A DNA stretch of 64,000 nt from Bdellovibrionales bacterium (GCA_031370005.1 JANMPT010000043.1:49774-113773); one strand, 5' to 3'; counted from the stretch's first letter, positions 47,772 through 57,503 are shown. A program made the numbers and translations. Notes: generated by a model from the sequence alone, not told the origin.

Positions 47772-49291
47772 GCCTGACCTCCCATGGCAGCGCCAATTTC
47801 GATTTCGTTATAAGTATTTGCCCGCAAGAACTCTGACACAATTTGGCCCTTGAATAAAACAAGAATACGATCAGATAAAGTAATTAGCTCCTCAAGCTCT
47901 GAGGAGATCAAAAGAATTCCGGCTCCACGATTCCGAGCAGCTAAAAGTTGTTCGTGAATAAACTCGATGGCGCCAATATCCACGCCACGCGTGGGCTTGG
48001 CGGCCAGAATAAAATCGGGACTGTTTTGCAATTCGCGGGCAACAACTAATTTTTGTTGATTTCCTCCGGAGAGCTTATCGACGGTGCTTTGAATACTCCG
48101 TGGACGAACATCAAACTTTTCTAATGCGGCCATGGTTTTTTCGAATATTACTTCAAACCTCAAGAATCCATGTCGAGAATATTCGGCGGAATTATGATAG
48201 CCCAAAATAAAATTTTCATAAAGTGGACGCTCTTCCAACAGGCCCAAGCGCAAACGATCTTCTGGGAAGGCGGCAAGTCCCATTGAGCGAATCTGAGAGG
48301 GCGAGAGCCTTAGTGTGGACTGAGACTTGATTTCGATTAGACCCTGAAGCTTTAAAGTGGAGGGGTCGAGCAGCGCTTGGATCAGCGTGTCCTGTCCGTT
48401 GCCCTCAACGCCAGCGACGCCGACGATCTCGCCAGTGCGGACTTGTAGATTAATATGCGTGAGAGGTGTTTGCGGCCCCGGCGAATTCATATTTTTAATA
48501 TTTAAGATGGCATTTTGATCTGCAAAATGCGTGCGTTCACTGAAGGTAAGGTTGTTGATTTTTCTGCCCACCATGTTTTCTGCAAGATCCTCTACAGAGG
48601 TCTCAGTAATTTTTTTATTTGCGATCACTTTGCCATTTCGAAGAACTGTTACCGCATCGGCGATAGACATTACTTCCTTTAGCTTGTGAGTGATAATCAA
48701 AATTGTCCGGCCCGCCGCTTTCAGCTTTTTTAAGTTTTTAAATAAATCTTCAATTTCTTGAGGCGTAAGTACGGCTGTGGGTTCATCAAGAATAATGATC
48801 TTGGAGTCTTGAGAAAGAATTTTTAAAATTTCAATGCGTTGCTGAGTGCCTACTGAAAGGCTCTGAACTGGGGCATTCCAATCTATGTGGAATTGATACT
48901 CCGCTGCCAGCTTTTGCAAACGAGCCTGGTGCTCCTTGCGATTTAGTCGCTGGAAGGCCTTCGTATTTTTCTGAAAAAGCAGAATATTATCCAGTGCGCT
49001 CAGAGGTTCGGCCAACATGAAATGCTGATGAACCATGCCAACTCCGAGTCCCATGGCTTCGATTGGCGAATTAAAATGAACCTCTTTACCGCTGAGTCGA
49101 AGAGACCCCTGTTCTGGTTTATAGAGCCCAAAAAGGATTTTCATAGATGTGGATTTGCCGGCACCATTTTCGCCAACGATGGCGTGGATTTTTCCGGCTG
49201 CCACTTGAAAATTAAGATCTTCAGCGGCGTAAAAATTACCGAATTTTTTACTGATTCCAATGAATTCGACAGCAGGCACAGGCGCTGCCAT
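47768..49291 (-). CDS. Nucleoside/sugar ABC transporter ATP-binding protein (two ABC domains)
   Basis: GENGAGKST, LDEPTAVL, LSGGNQQK, PTRGVD. Confidence 0.94.
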   Translation of the reverse strand: MAAPVPAVEFIGISKKFGNFYAAEDLNFQVAAGKIHAIVGENGAGKSTSMKILFGLYKPEQGSLRLSGKEVHFNSPIEAMGLGVGMVHQHFMLAEPLSALDNILLFQKNTKAFQRLNRKEHQARLQKLAAEYQFHIDWNAPVQSLSVGTQQRIEILKILSQDSKIIILDEPTAVLTPQEIEDLFKNLKKLKAAGRTILIITHKLKEVMSIADAVTVLRNGKVIANKKITETSVEDLAENMVGRKINNLTFSERTHFADQNAILNIKNMNSPGPQTPLTHINLQVRTGEIVGVAGVEGNGQDTLIQALLDPSTLKLQGLIEIKSQSTLRLSPSQIRSMGLAAFPEDRLRLGLLEERPLYENFILGYHNSAEYSRHGFLRFEVIFEKTMAALEKFDVRPRSIQSTVDKLSGGNQQKLVVARELQNSPDFILAAKPTRGVDIGAIEFIHEQLLAARNRGAGILLISSELEELITLSDRILVLFKGQIVSEFLRANTYNEIEIGAAMGGQA

Positions 49292-49295
49292 GAGA

Positions 49296-50282
49296 TTATT
49301 TTTTCCCCAGCTTATAAAAGTCAGGTACTTTGATTTTTGCGGAGATAATTTCTGCTTTATACTGATCCAATTTCTTGGTGATATCTGGTGTTAAAGTCTT
49401 CATATTATAGTTATCCAGAGCGTAATCTACACCCTTGTCTTTTAACCCATAGTGTACGATTCCGGCAGTGTACTTTCCGTCCTGAGTGTCCTTGATAGTA
49501 TTGTAAACTGCGATATCCACGCGCTTTAACATGCTGGTCAAAATAAAGCCTGGCTTCAGCCAGTTTTGGTTTGAGTCCACGCCGATGGCGAGTTTCCTTT
49601 TCTCTTCAACAGCGTCAAATACACCAGAGCCTGAAGCTCCGGCTGCAACAAAGATAACATCAACACCTTGAGCGATCTGCGCGATAGCCAGCTCCTTAGC
49701 CTTCGCGGGATTATTCCAGGCTTCACCAGTTACGCCAATGAAGTTGGTGATGACCTGTGCTTTTGGGTTAACATGTTTTACGCCAGCCTCATAGCCCATT
49801 TCAAAACGGCGAATCAAAGGAATATCCATTCCGCCGACAAAACCCACCTTAGCACTTTTAGACTTCAAAGCGGCCGCGGCACCCACAAGGAAAGAGCCTT
49901 CGTGGTCCTCAAAGAGCAAAGAGCGAACATTTGGTGCAGTGATTTCGCCATCAACAAGTGCGAATTTTATTTTTGGAAATTGAGCTGCAACTTTTTTAAT
50001 AGCCGTAGTTTGCGCAAAACCAATTCCAATTATGAGGTCGAAGTTTTTGCGGGCAAATGCACGGTGAAGATTTTCAGCAGCATTTGCATCAGCCGCCTCA
50101 ACATATTTGAGTTCAATTTTTAAATCTTTTTCTGCCTTTGTTGCGCCGAGGTAGGCCGCAGAATTAAACGATTTATCGTCCTTGCCTCCCTTGTCGAGAA
50201 CTAGACCAACCTTCAAAGGCTCGGCCAAGGAAGCAGTGCCACATGCCATAATCGTCACAAATAAAATGAAGTCTTTTAACAT
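49296..50282 (-). CDS. BMP/PnrA-family nucleoside-binding protein
   Basis: DKSFN, GSFLVG, GFVGG, AIGVDSNQ, TSMLKRVD. Start at MLKDF. Confidence 0.92.
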   Translation of the reverse strand: MLKDFILFVTIMACGTASLAEPLKVGLVLDKGGKDDKSFNSAAYLGATKAEKDLKIELKYVEAADANAAENLHRAFARKNFDLIIGIGFAQTTAIKKVAAQFPKIKFALVDGEITAPNVRSLLFEDHEGSFLVGAAAALKSKSAKVGFVGGMDIPLIRRFEMGYEAGVKHVNPKAQVITNFIGVTGEAWNNPAKAKELAIAQIAQGVDVIFVAAGASGSGVFDAVEEKRKLAIGVDSNQNWLKPGFILTSMLKRVDIAVYNTIKDTQDGKYTAGIVHYGLKDKGVDYALDNYNMKTLTPDITKKLDQYKAEIISAKIKVPDFYKLGKK

Positions 50283-50469
50283 TGTTAAATTCCTGATTTT
50301 ACTAGAAAAGCCTGCCAAAACTCGCTGAAATGTAGGCCACATGCCTCGGGGGGTCAAGCCAAATTTATCTCGGAAAGTTAACAAAAACTTCGCTCACCGT
50401 TACTGGCTTTTTAAAAAGCTAGAGAATAACAATAATTCCAATAAACAATGTAAGCATTGGAGGTTCGCA

Positions 50470-51195
50470 GTGCAAACACAAACGGTTCTTAACCCAGGTT
50501 CTGTAAGGGCAATTGGCAATATGGATATAAATAATATAGTGACTTCAAGGACTTCGGAGCTTCCTTATGAAATCATTCAACTTAAGGAGGGGGACATTCT
50601 CTTTAAAGAAGGGGATATGCCCAGAGGTCTTTTTTATGTTCATAATGGATCAGTTAAAATTGTTGTAAATCGAAATATGACACGCGGTCGTACGACTTCC
50701 CCTGAGTACGTTACTAAACTGGTGTCACCTGGGGAGTTTTTTGGTTACAAAGCCCTTGTAAAGGGAACACCCTCCGCATCGATGGCAAAAGCAATCCGTC
50801 AAACAACAGTTTGGCTTTACCCGAAAGATGTGGTTATAGGCGGTCTTCAACTGACATCGCCACTATTAAAAATGCTTCTGCAGCAGGCCGTTAGCGACAT
50901 TGAAAGCTACGAAATCACAAACCAATTGCATTACCTGGCCTCTGTTCAAGAGCGCATCGCTTACCAGCTGGTCGTATTAGCGGATAAATTTGGAGTTCAG
51001 ACTTCAACAGGCATTTCGCTAAATTTAAAACTCACTCGTAATGAGTTTGCTCAACTTGCAAGTACGATTAATGAGTCTTTGTCGCGCCATCTAACCGAGT
51101 TTAAAAACGAGGGTTTGATTGATCTTAATGGCAAAGAAATTATCATTAAAGATTTGAAAGCATTGATGTCGAAGTCCGGCAACTTTAAGATCTAG
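50470..51195 (+). CDS. Crp/Fnr-family transcriptional regulator
   Basis: LFKEGD, PGEFFG cNMP fold; LTRNEFAQLAST..ESLSR HTH. GTG start after GGAGG. Confidence 0.9.
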   Translation: MQTQTVLNPGSVRAIGNMDINNIVTSRTSELPYEIIQLKEGDILFKEGDMPRGLFYVHNGSVKIVVNRNMTRGRTTSPEYVTKLVSPGEFFGYKALVKGTPSASMAKAIRQTTVWLYPKDVVIGGLQLTSPLLKMLLQQAVSDIESYEITNQLHYLASVQERIAYQLVVLADKFGVQTSTGISLNLKLTRNEFAQLASTINESLSRHLTEFKNEGLIDLNGKEIIIKDLKALMSKSGNFKI

Positions 51196-51293
51196 TCTTG
51201 TACCTGCGAGGTGGCCTCTGGCGCACTGCTATCCACACTTTATTTGCGTATTAATTTTTTTCGGTGTGGAATAGCAAAACTCGCGGGGTATTT

Positions 51294-54200
51294 ATGAAGC
51301 TCTCGGATTTGTCGATTCGGAATCCAGTTTTTGCCTGGATGTTAATGTTTGGGTTGATTGGCTTTGGTCTGATTTCTTTCAACCGAATGGGACTCAGTCA
51401 GTTACCCGATGTCGATTTTCCAACGGTTACGGTGTCTCTTTCGTTACCAGGAGCAGCACCTGAGGTGATGGAGACCCAAGTAGTCGATTTGGTTGAAAGC
51501 GCTCTGATGACTGTGGAGGGTGTTCAGAAAATTTCCTCCAACAGTAAATCAGGCTCTGCCAGTGTGACAGTTGAGTTTGATTTAGACCGTAACATTGACG
51601 TAGCTCTGCAAGATGTCCAGGCCAAGGTTGCTGCGGCTCAGAGAAGGCTTCCTTCGGAGCTAGAGCCTCCGACAATTTCAAAGACAAACCCTGATGATCA
51701 GCCAATTATTTGGCTAGCCTTGTCTTATGACAAAAACGATCCTGAATTTTTGATGAAATACGCGAAAGATTATTTGCAAGACCGTTTGACGACAGTCGAT
51801 GGTGTTGGGGAGTTAACCCTAGGGGGTTATACGGCCCCAGTGATGCGAGTATATGTGCGCCCGAAGGACTTGCTTCGTTATAATATATCCGTCAACGACG
51901 TGATGGAGGCCATTAAAAATGAGCATTCCGAGCTTCCCGGTGGTTACTTAGAAAATGACAAAAAGTATTTTAACGTTCGCACGATGGGTGAAGCCAAGAG
52001 TGTGGATGAGTTTAAATCGATCGTAATTAGCAGTCGAGGCGGCCAAAACGTCGCAGATCCGACAAATATGGTTCGATTGTCTCAGGTGGCTGATGTGAGC
52101 ATGGGCCTTGATGATGTTCGTAGGTTTTCGCGTTTTAACGGTAGGCCAGCTCTCGGTCTTGGTATAAAAAAGCAGAGGGGTACAAATGCCGTAGCTGTGG
52201 GTCGTGCGGTGAAAGCTCGCGTTCTGGAGCTTGGCAAGCAGCTGCCCGAGGGCATGCATCTGAATGTAAACTACGACAGTACAGTTTTCATCGAGAAATC
52301 GGTTCATGAGTTGAACACACATTTGATACTTGCAGTGCTTTTGACCTCTTTAGTCTGCTGGGTATTTTTGGGAAGTTGGTCTGCGACGTTCAACGTCCTA
52401 TTGTCGATTCCGACATCACTCTTGGGAAGTTTTATTGGCCTTTATTTTTTAGGTTATACGCTAAACACTTTTACACTGCTAGGCTTGACGTTGGCGATTG
52501 GTATTGTCGTCGATGATGCCATCATGGTTCTCGAGAACATTTTTCGATACAATGAAAAAGGGCATGGCAAAATTGAGTCTGCAATTTTGGGTTCTCGCGA
52601 GATTGCTTTTGCGGCGATAGCAGCGACGGTTGCGGTTGTCGCAATTTTTCTACCCGTCGCCTTTATGAAGGGGATTATCGGTAAGTTTTTTATGCAATTC
52701 GGAGTTACGATTTCAATTGCTGTGGTGTTGTCTTTGTTAGAGTCTTTGACGATTACACCAATGCGCTGTGCGACCTTTGTTCATATCGGAGAAAGAACAA
52801 CCCGTTTGGGTCGTGCCTTCGAAAAAACCATGGAAAACTCCCGCGAGTGGTATGCAAATGGTCTGGTGCGACTTTTAAGGCATCCCTGGAAAGCCTTAGG
52901 GGTCTCTGTGGTTTTCGTTGCACTGTCTTTCACATCAGTGCGTTTTATAAATAAAGAAATGTCGCCGGCGCAGGATATGAGTCTTTTCATGGTGCGTTTA
53001 ATGCTACCAGTGGGAACCTCCTTGGGCTTCACTAATCAGCAAGCACAAATGGCTGAGAAGTGGTTTTTATCTCGATCTGAAGTCGAAAAAATTTATGCTG
53101 TGGTCGGTGGTTTCGGTATTGGCCCCTCTTCAGACTCGAACTCAGTTATGATGATGGTGACGATGAAGCGAAGGGGACAACGTGGGATTGATGCGGAAGC
53201 AAAGCGAGAGCTTTCACAAGCAGATTTTATGCAGGTCGCCCGTAAGCATCTCATTGAAATTCCCGAGGTTCGCCCTGTTTTGATGGATATGTCAATGCGT
53301 GGATTTTCTTCAGGTCGTGGTTTCCCCGTGGAGTTCACGGTCTTGGGTACAGATTGGGAAAAGCTGGCAAAGTCTACTGAAGATATCATGGAAGAGATGA
53401 AGAAGACCGGTGTGATGGTCGATATAGATTCAGACTATCTTTTAGGAATGCCTGAAATTCAAATCGTGCCGGATCGTGTGAGTGCAGCTTATCGTGGAAT
53501 CCGCGTGGCAACAATTGGCAACTCGGTGAATGCTTTGATTGGCGGGGTCAAAGTCGGCGAATATCCTGAAGGAGGACATCGTTATGATATCAAAGTGAAG
53601 CTGAATTCCCCTTTGCCGCCTCAAGAGGAGCTTCGATCTTTGATGATCAGCAATTCGCGCGGTAATTTGATTCCAATCACGCAAGTTACTCAAGTAAAAA
53701 CCGAAAAAAGTCTACAGGCTATTTCAAGATCCAATCGCCAGCGTGCGATCACTGTGACTGCCAACTTAAAGCCAGGATACTCACAGCAAGATGCTATGAA
53801 AAAAATTGAGGAAATTTCTAAAAAAATATTAGCGCCAGGTTATATGATTGCTCAAGGAGGGAACGCGAAGTCCTTCCAAGATTCATTTCAGAGTTTGATC
53901 TTTGCATTGGTCTTGGGTCTTTTTGTCGCCTATATGGTTTTAGCAAGTCAGTTTAATTCCTTCATCGATCCGATGACAGTTTTAATAGCCTTGCCATTTA
54001 GCTTTAGCGGTGCCTTTTTTGGTCTTTTAGTTATGGGTCAATCAATCAATATGTACTCAATGATTGGGCTTTTACTTTTAATGGGGATAGTAAAGAAAAA
54101 CTCCATTTTATTAATTGAGTTTACCAATACAGTTCGTGATCGGGGTATGGCCGGAGCTCGGGAGGCTTTAATTGAAGCCTGTCCAGTGCGTCTAAGGCCG

Positions 54201-54443
54201 ATCATCATGACATCAGCGGCAACTGTGGCGGCCGCTATTCCGTCAGCACTGGCCACCGGCGAGGGTTCTGAGACCATGAAGCCAATGGCTATCTGCTTGA
54301 TTGGGGGCGTGGTCGTTTCCACTGCGCTAACCCTATTTATAGTTCCGTGTTTTTATCTGGTGATGGATAAATTCAGAAAACGTGATGAGATTCGCGCGAG
54401 AACCAAAGAGGCCTTCATCGCTGTTGGCAATGAGGCTCTTTAA
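51294..54443 (+). CDS. RND efflux permease (AcrB/MdtBC family)
   Basis: IRNPV, PDVDFP, IGIVVDDAI, GIVKKNSILL, RLRPIIMT. Confidence 0.96.
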   Translation: MKLSDLSIRNPVFAWMLMFGLIGFGLISFNRMGLSQLPDVDFPTVTVSLSLPGAAPEVMETQVVDLVESALMTVEGVQKISSNSKSGSASVTVEFDLDRNIDVALQDVQAKVAAAQRRLPSELEPPTISKTNPDDQPIIWLALSYDKNDPEFLMKYAKDYLQDRLTTVDGVGELTLGGYTAPVMRVYVRPKDLLRYNISVNDVMEAIKNEHSELPGGYLENDKKYFNVRTMGEAKSVDEFKSIVISSRGGQNVADPTNMVRLSQVADVSMGLDDVRRFSRFNGRPALGLGIKKQRGTNAVAVGRAVKARVLELGKQLPEGMHLNVNYDSTVFIEKSVHELNTHLILAVLLTSLVCWVFLGSWSATFNVLLSIPTSLLGSFIGLYFLGYTLNTFTLLGLTLAIGIVVDDAIMVLENIFRYNEKGHGKIESAILGSREIAFAAIAATVAVVAIFLPVAFMKGIIGKFFMQFGVTISIAVVLSLLESLTITPMRCATFVHIGERTTRLGRAFEKTMENSREWYANGLVRLLRHPWKALGVSVVFVALSFTSVRFINKEMSPAQDMSLFMVRLMLPVGTSLGFTNQQAQMAEKWFLSRSEVEKIYAVVGGFGIGPSSDSNSVMMMVTMKRRGQRGIDAEAKRELSQADFMQVARKHLIEIPEVRPVLMDMSMRGFSSGRGFPVEFTVLGTDWEKLAKSTEDIMEEMKKTGVMVDIDSDYLLGMPEIQIVPDRVSAAYRGIRVATIGNSVNALIGGVKVGEYPEGGHRYDIKVKLNSPLPPQEELRSLMISNSRGNLIPITQVTQVKTEKSLQAISRSNRQRAITVTANLKPGYSQQDAMKKIEEISKKILAPGYMIAQGGNAKSFQDSFQSLIFALVLGLFVAYMVLASQFNSFIDPMTVLIALPFSFSGAFFGLLVMGQSINMYSMIGLLLLMGIVKKNSILLIEFTNTVRDRGMAGAREALIEACPVRLRPIIMTSAATVAAAIPSALATGEGSETMKPMAICLIGGVVVSTALTLFIVPCFYLVMDKFRKRDEIRARTKEAFIAVGNEAL

Positions 54444-54516
54444 TAAAATAGAGCTCGTTGTTGCCGCTTGTTTTTCGCGGGCTTAAAAGATATGGTATTC
54501 CAGTTATTTAATGTAA

Positions 54517-54568
54517 TGGTGTCTTTGGCAAAGGCCGGCTTGAAAGCCGGCGACAAGCAGAGGCGCCA
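54517..54568 (+). other. Long stem-loop in leader of HEPN gene
   Basis: TGGTGTCTTTG/CAGAGGCGCCA outer stem with G-U pairs; inner GCCGGCTT-GA-AAGCCGGC stem. Confidence 0.55.
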
Positions 54569-54587
54569 AAAGTTTTGAGGATGATCA

Positions 54588-54989
54588 ATGACCCCTTCTT
54601 CAAATTCATTCAAAGTTGATTTCTCTCATTTAGATAAGGCCCTTAAAACTCTTCGTGAGGCGATCTCATTATCTTCTCATACACAGTTAGAAAAAGATGG
54701 GGTTGTTCAAAGATTTGAGTACTCATTTGAGCTTTTGTGGAAAACCGCAAAAAAAATTTTAGAGATGCAAGGCTTGTCTGTGGATACGCCTAAAGGTGTG
54801 TTTAAGGAGTTGGGGAAAATAGGCTGGTTGGATCATGTTGAAATTTGGTTTGAGTTTTTAAAGGCGCGTAATAAAACCAGCCACCAGTATGGTGAAAAAT
54901 TAGCGGACTCCGTTTTTTTAGCGGCGAAAGATTTTTTACCTCTTGCCGAAGAATTAACAGCCATTTTAAAATCAAAAGCGGTTGAATAG
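54588..54989 (+). CDS. HEPN-domain protein (HI0074 / nucleotidyltransferase substrate-binding family)
   Basis: DGVVQRFEYSFELLWK and RNKTSH (Rx4H). Confidence 0.9.
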   Translation: MTPSSNSFKVDFSHLDKALKTLREAISLSSHTQLEKDGVVQRFEYSFELLWKTAKKILEMQGLSVDTPKGVFKELGKIGWLDHVEIWFEFLKARNKTSHQYGEKLADSVFLAAKDFLPLAEELTAILKSKAVE

Positions 54990-55311
54990 CGTGATGGTTA
55001 GGGATGTTGGGTTAACCAATCAACACACTAAAATTATTATTCAGGGATTCGAAAACATTCTGTTACCGCAGCAAAGCCTGAAGGTTTTTATTTTTGGCTC
55101 AAGAGCCCGGGGAACAGCTAAAAAGTATAGTGATATTGACTTGTTAGTTGAGGCCTCGCCGGGATTTAATCAGCAACAGGTTAGTCGGCTTGAAGATTAT
55201 TTTGAAGAAAGCGATTTGCCAATAAAAGTGGATTTGGTTTTACAAGAAAGTCTTTTAGAAGAGTTTAAACCTTCTGTGATGGCGGACAAAAAGTTATTTT
55301 TTGAGCTCTAA
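54982..55311 (+). CDS. Minimal nucleotidyltransferase (MNT)
   Basis: FGSRARG...SDIDL, KVDLV. True start may be 54991 or 54994. Confidence 0.9.
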   Translation: MNSVMVRDVGLTNQHTKIIIQGFENILLPQQSLKVFIFGSRARGTAKKYSDIDLLVEASPGFNQQQVSRLEDYFEESDLPIKVDLVLQESLLEEFKPSVMADKKLFFEL

Positions 55312-55321
55312 AGCTGACCTA

Positions 55322-56899
55322 TTAGAGCAGTAAAAAACTTCCCGCGCGTTTCAATGGAACACGGCAAAGGCCGGCCTCTAATGGACGTTGAAAAAGCTCA
55401 ATTGCCCCCTGAGGTATCGCGCTCAGTCGACGAACAACCTGTATGTTTCCTGTTGGCAAAGCAATCACCATATCATCTATGAACTGACGCTGCTGATTTG
55501 GCACCAATAGCATCGGATCAAAGGGCAGCATTATACGATATTGCAAAGTGGTTTCTACGAGAATGCCACCAACGGCAATAGCTTGCTTAATATAGCTCGG
55601 TGCTTCTGCCCACTCGCGAGAGTTAAAGCAATTGCCGGCGGTGGGCATAAAGCGCAAGTAATTCAAGCTGAGTGCTCCCTGGTCCCAGTTGAAATTTTTT
55701 GCGACAAGGGACAAGGTTTGGCTTTTGGTTACACTTGGATTTTGCGACTTTACTAAAGCCACGCCAGCAGCAACGATGGCAGTGGCATTGGAGCTTCCAC
55801 GGAACTCAGAGCCGTTTGTAAGAACAAGGGATGATGGTGCCATGATGTCTGGCTTATTCAAGCTGGTTGATAGAGAGCTACGATCAGAATCAAAAGCACC
55901 AACAGTAATTACTGAGGGGTTGTCTCCAGGATTGAGTACCGATTCGTCTGCAGAGTGGTGAGGCATAGTAATACTGTCTCCATCCACAGTAATACGAAGA
56001 CGATCTTGGCCAGCAAAGTTTTTGCTGCGATTTTTCACACGAAAATAGTAAGTCCCAGGTTTTAGCTCTGCTGTAAGAATTTCGCGCGGATATTTGGAGT
56101 AGCCTGGACGGTTTTCGTTGGCGTCAGTACTTTGGTGAAGGGCACTTGTTTGCACGATATTCAGCATATCATCTGTCAAAGCCAAATCTAAATCTTTGTC
56201 GGTACCTGGATTGACGTCATCTTTAAAATCATTCCAGGACAGTACAGCTTTTATAGAGCATTTTCCGCTGGTGTTTTGTTCGCAGCGAAGAGCTAGAGCG
56301 TTGTTTTGATCCGGAAGACTTACCCAGTCATCATTGTTAGTTGTGATTGGTGCGTTGTAGGTTGTTAGGGCAAAGTTCCCTACTGCATTCACCCAAATGA
56401 TGCCAGCAGCTGTCGCACGGGACACTTGTGCATTTATAAAGCCACGCCCATCGTGATTTCCGCCGTACTCCCAAACTTCGGAGTAGGAGATCACATCGAT
56501 GCCGCGTCTAATTGCATCGTCTATGGCCGCTTTAAAGTTAGAGAAACCAAAAACGTTATAGAGATAGAACTCTTGGATTACTTGGGGTTGTTGAAGGTTA
56601 TTGGTTGCAAGAGCTGTGAAAATCTGAGCCATGCGAAGGCCGTGCTCTGTTTTTAAATCATCCGGAGCTGTCACTGGGCCACCAACGTAAACGGTATTTG
56701 CTGGTAGGGATTTTCCAATTTCAGCTTGATAGCCTTCGAAGCCCTTATCGAAGATTGCGACCTTAACGGGCCGGCCAGAGTTTCCCGCGTTATAATATCG
56801 CTGAAAGCCAAGTGAGTTCTGTATGACTGAGATATTTTTGAAAACTTGAGCTTGGGCGAAGCTGGCGACAAAGGTGAGTGGCAAGATAAACTTCAACAT
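55322..56899 (-). CDS. Secreted S8 (subtilisin-like) peptidase with inserted beta domain
   Basis: Signal peptide; IFDKGF (Asp), TEHG (His), NAVGN oxyanion, ITVGA, KPDIMAP, GSSNA (Ser). Confidence 0.82.
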   Translation of the reverse strand: MLKFILPLTFVASFAQAQVFKNISVIQNSLGFQRYYNAGNSGRPVKVAIFDKGFEGYQAEIGKSLPANTVYVGGPVTAPDDLKTEHGLRMAQIFTALATNNLQQPQVIQEFYLYNVFGFSNFKAAIDDAIRRGIDVISYSEVWEYGGNHDGRGFINAQVSRATAAGIIWVNAVGNFALTTYNAPITTNNDDWVSLPDQNNALALRCEQNTSGKCSIKAVLSWNDFKDDVNPGTDKDLDLALTDDMLNIVQTSALHQSTDANENRPGYSKYPREILTAELKPGTYYFRVKNRSKNFAGQDRLRITVDGDSITMPHHSADESVLNPGDNPSVITVGAFDSDRSSLSTSLNKPDIMAPSSLVLTNGSEFRGSSNATAIVAAGVALVKSQNPSVTKSQTLSLVAKNFNWDQGALSLNYLRFMPTAGNCFNSREWAEAPSYIKQAIAVGGILVETTLQYRIMLPFDPMLLVPNQQRQFIDDMVIALPTGNIQVVRRLSAIPQGAIELFQRPLEAGLCRVPLKRAGSFLLL

Positions 56900-56927
56900 A
56901 ATCTAATCTCCTCTTTTGAAAAAAGGC

Positions 56928-56958
56928 AAAAAAAAGCTGATTCCGAAGAACCAGCTTT
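56928..56958 (-). terminator. Intrinsic terminator between the Tyr-rich gene and the S8 gene
   Basis: Minus strand AAAGCTGGTTC-TTCG-GAATCAGCTTTTTTTT (cUUCGg tetraloop, U tract). Confidence 0.85.
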
Positions 56959-56969
56959 ATATGGCAGAA

Positions 56970-57389
56970 TTATCTGCAATACGACCAGCAAGAGCCGTAG
57001 TAGTAATAATTATAGTATCCATAGCTGTAGTAATAGTAAGGGCTGTAATAGTTGCCATACCAATTGCAGGTTGGCTGATAGGAATTGTACTGTGGATAGT
57101 AGAAGTACCAGCTAGAGGCGCCACCATCATTATCAAGTTCAGACTTTATTTTTGCCGTAGGGATTTTTGTGAACTCAGCCGCTTGAGCAAAGGCCTTTGC
57201 ATCCGCTTCGGAGCTCATCGTTGCCTCTGTCTTAACAAATGAAGCTTCCTTCGTCAGAGAATTCACGCGTAAAACCATGGTGCCCTGAAGTTCCTTGTTT
57301 GTAACTCCAGACTCATTATCAAGTTCACCAGCAGTTGCAAATGAGCCCATGCCCAATAGTAAAGTCGCAGATAGAATCAAACGCATCAT
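56970..57389 (-). CDS. Secreted small protein with extremely Tyr-rich C-terminal tail
   Basis: GAGGGAG RBS, signal peptide ending ATA, ELDN motif twice, 46-aa tail with 20 Tyr; followed by a terminator. Confidence 0.8.
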   Translation of the reverse strand: MMRLILSATLLLGMGSFATAGELDNESGVTNKELQGTMVLRVNSLTKEASFVKTEATMSSEADAKAFAQAAEFTKIPTAKIKSELDNDGGASSWYFYYPQYNSYQPTCNWYGNYYSPYYYYSYGYYNYYYYGSCWSYCR

Positions 57390-57503
57390 AGATGTCTCCC
57401 TCGTAAGATGTTAAATGTAAGCTCTGAATAGTCAGGCTTGACGCTCAAGTCACCACAAATGTACTTGTCTTTTCTTGGAAAATTGTGCGAAGAGTTAGAA
57501 CTT

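Noticed and set aside
54526..54560. c-di-GMP-I riboswitch call
   Set aside because: Only partial resemblance (GGCAAA..GAAA..GAC); GCAAAGC and the second hairpin are absent. Kept only as an unassigned structure.
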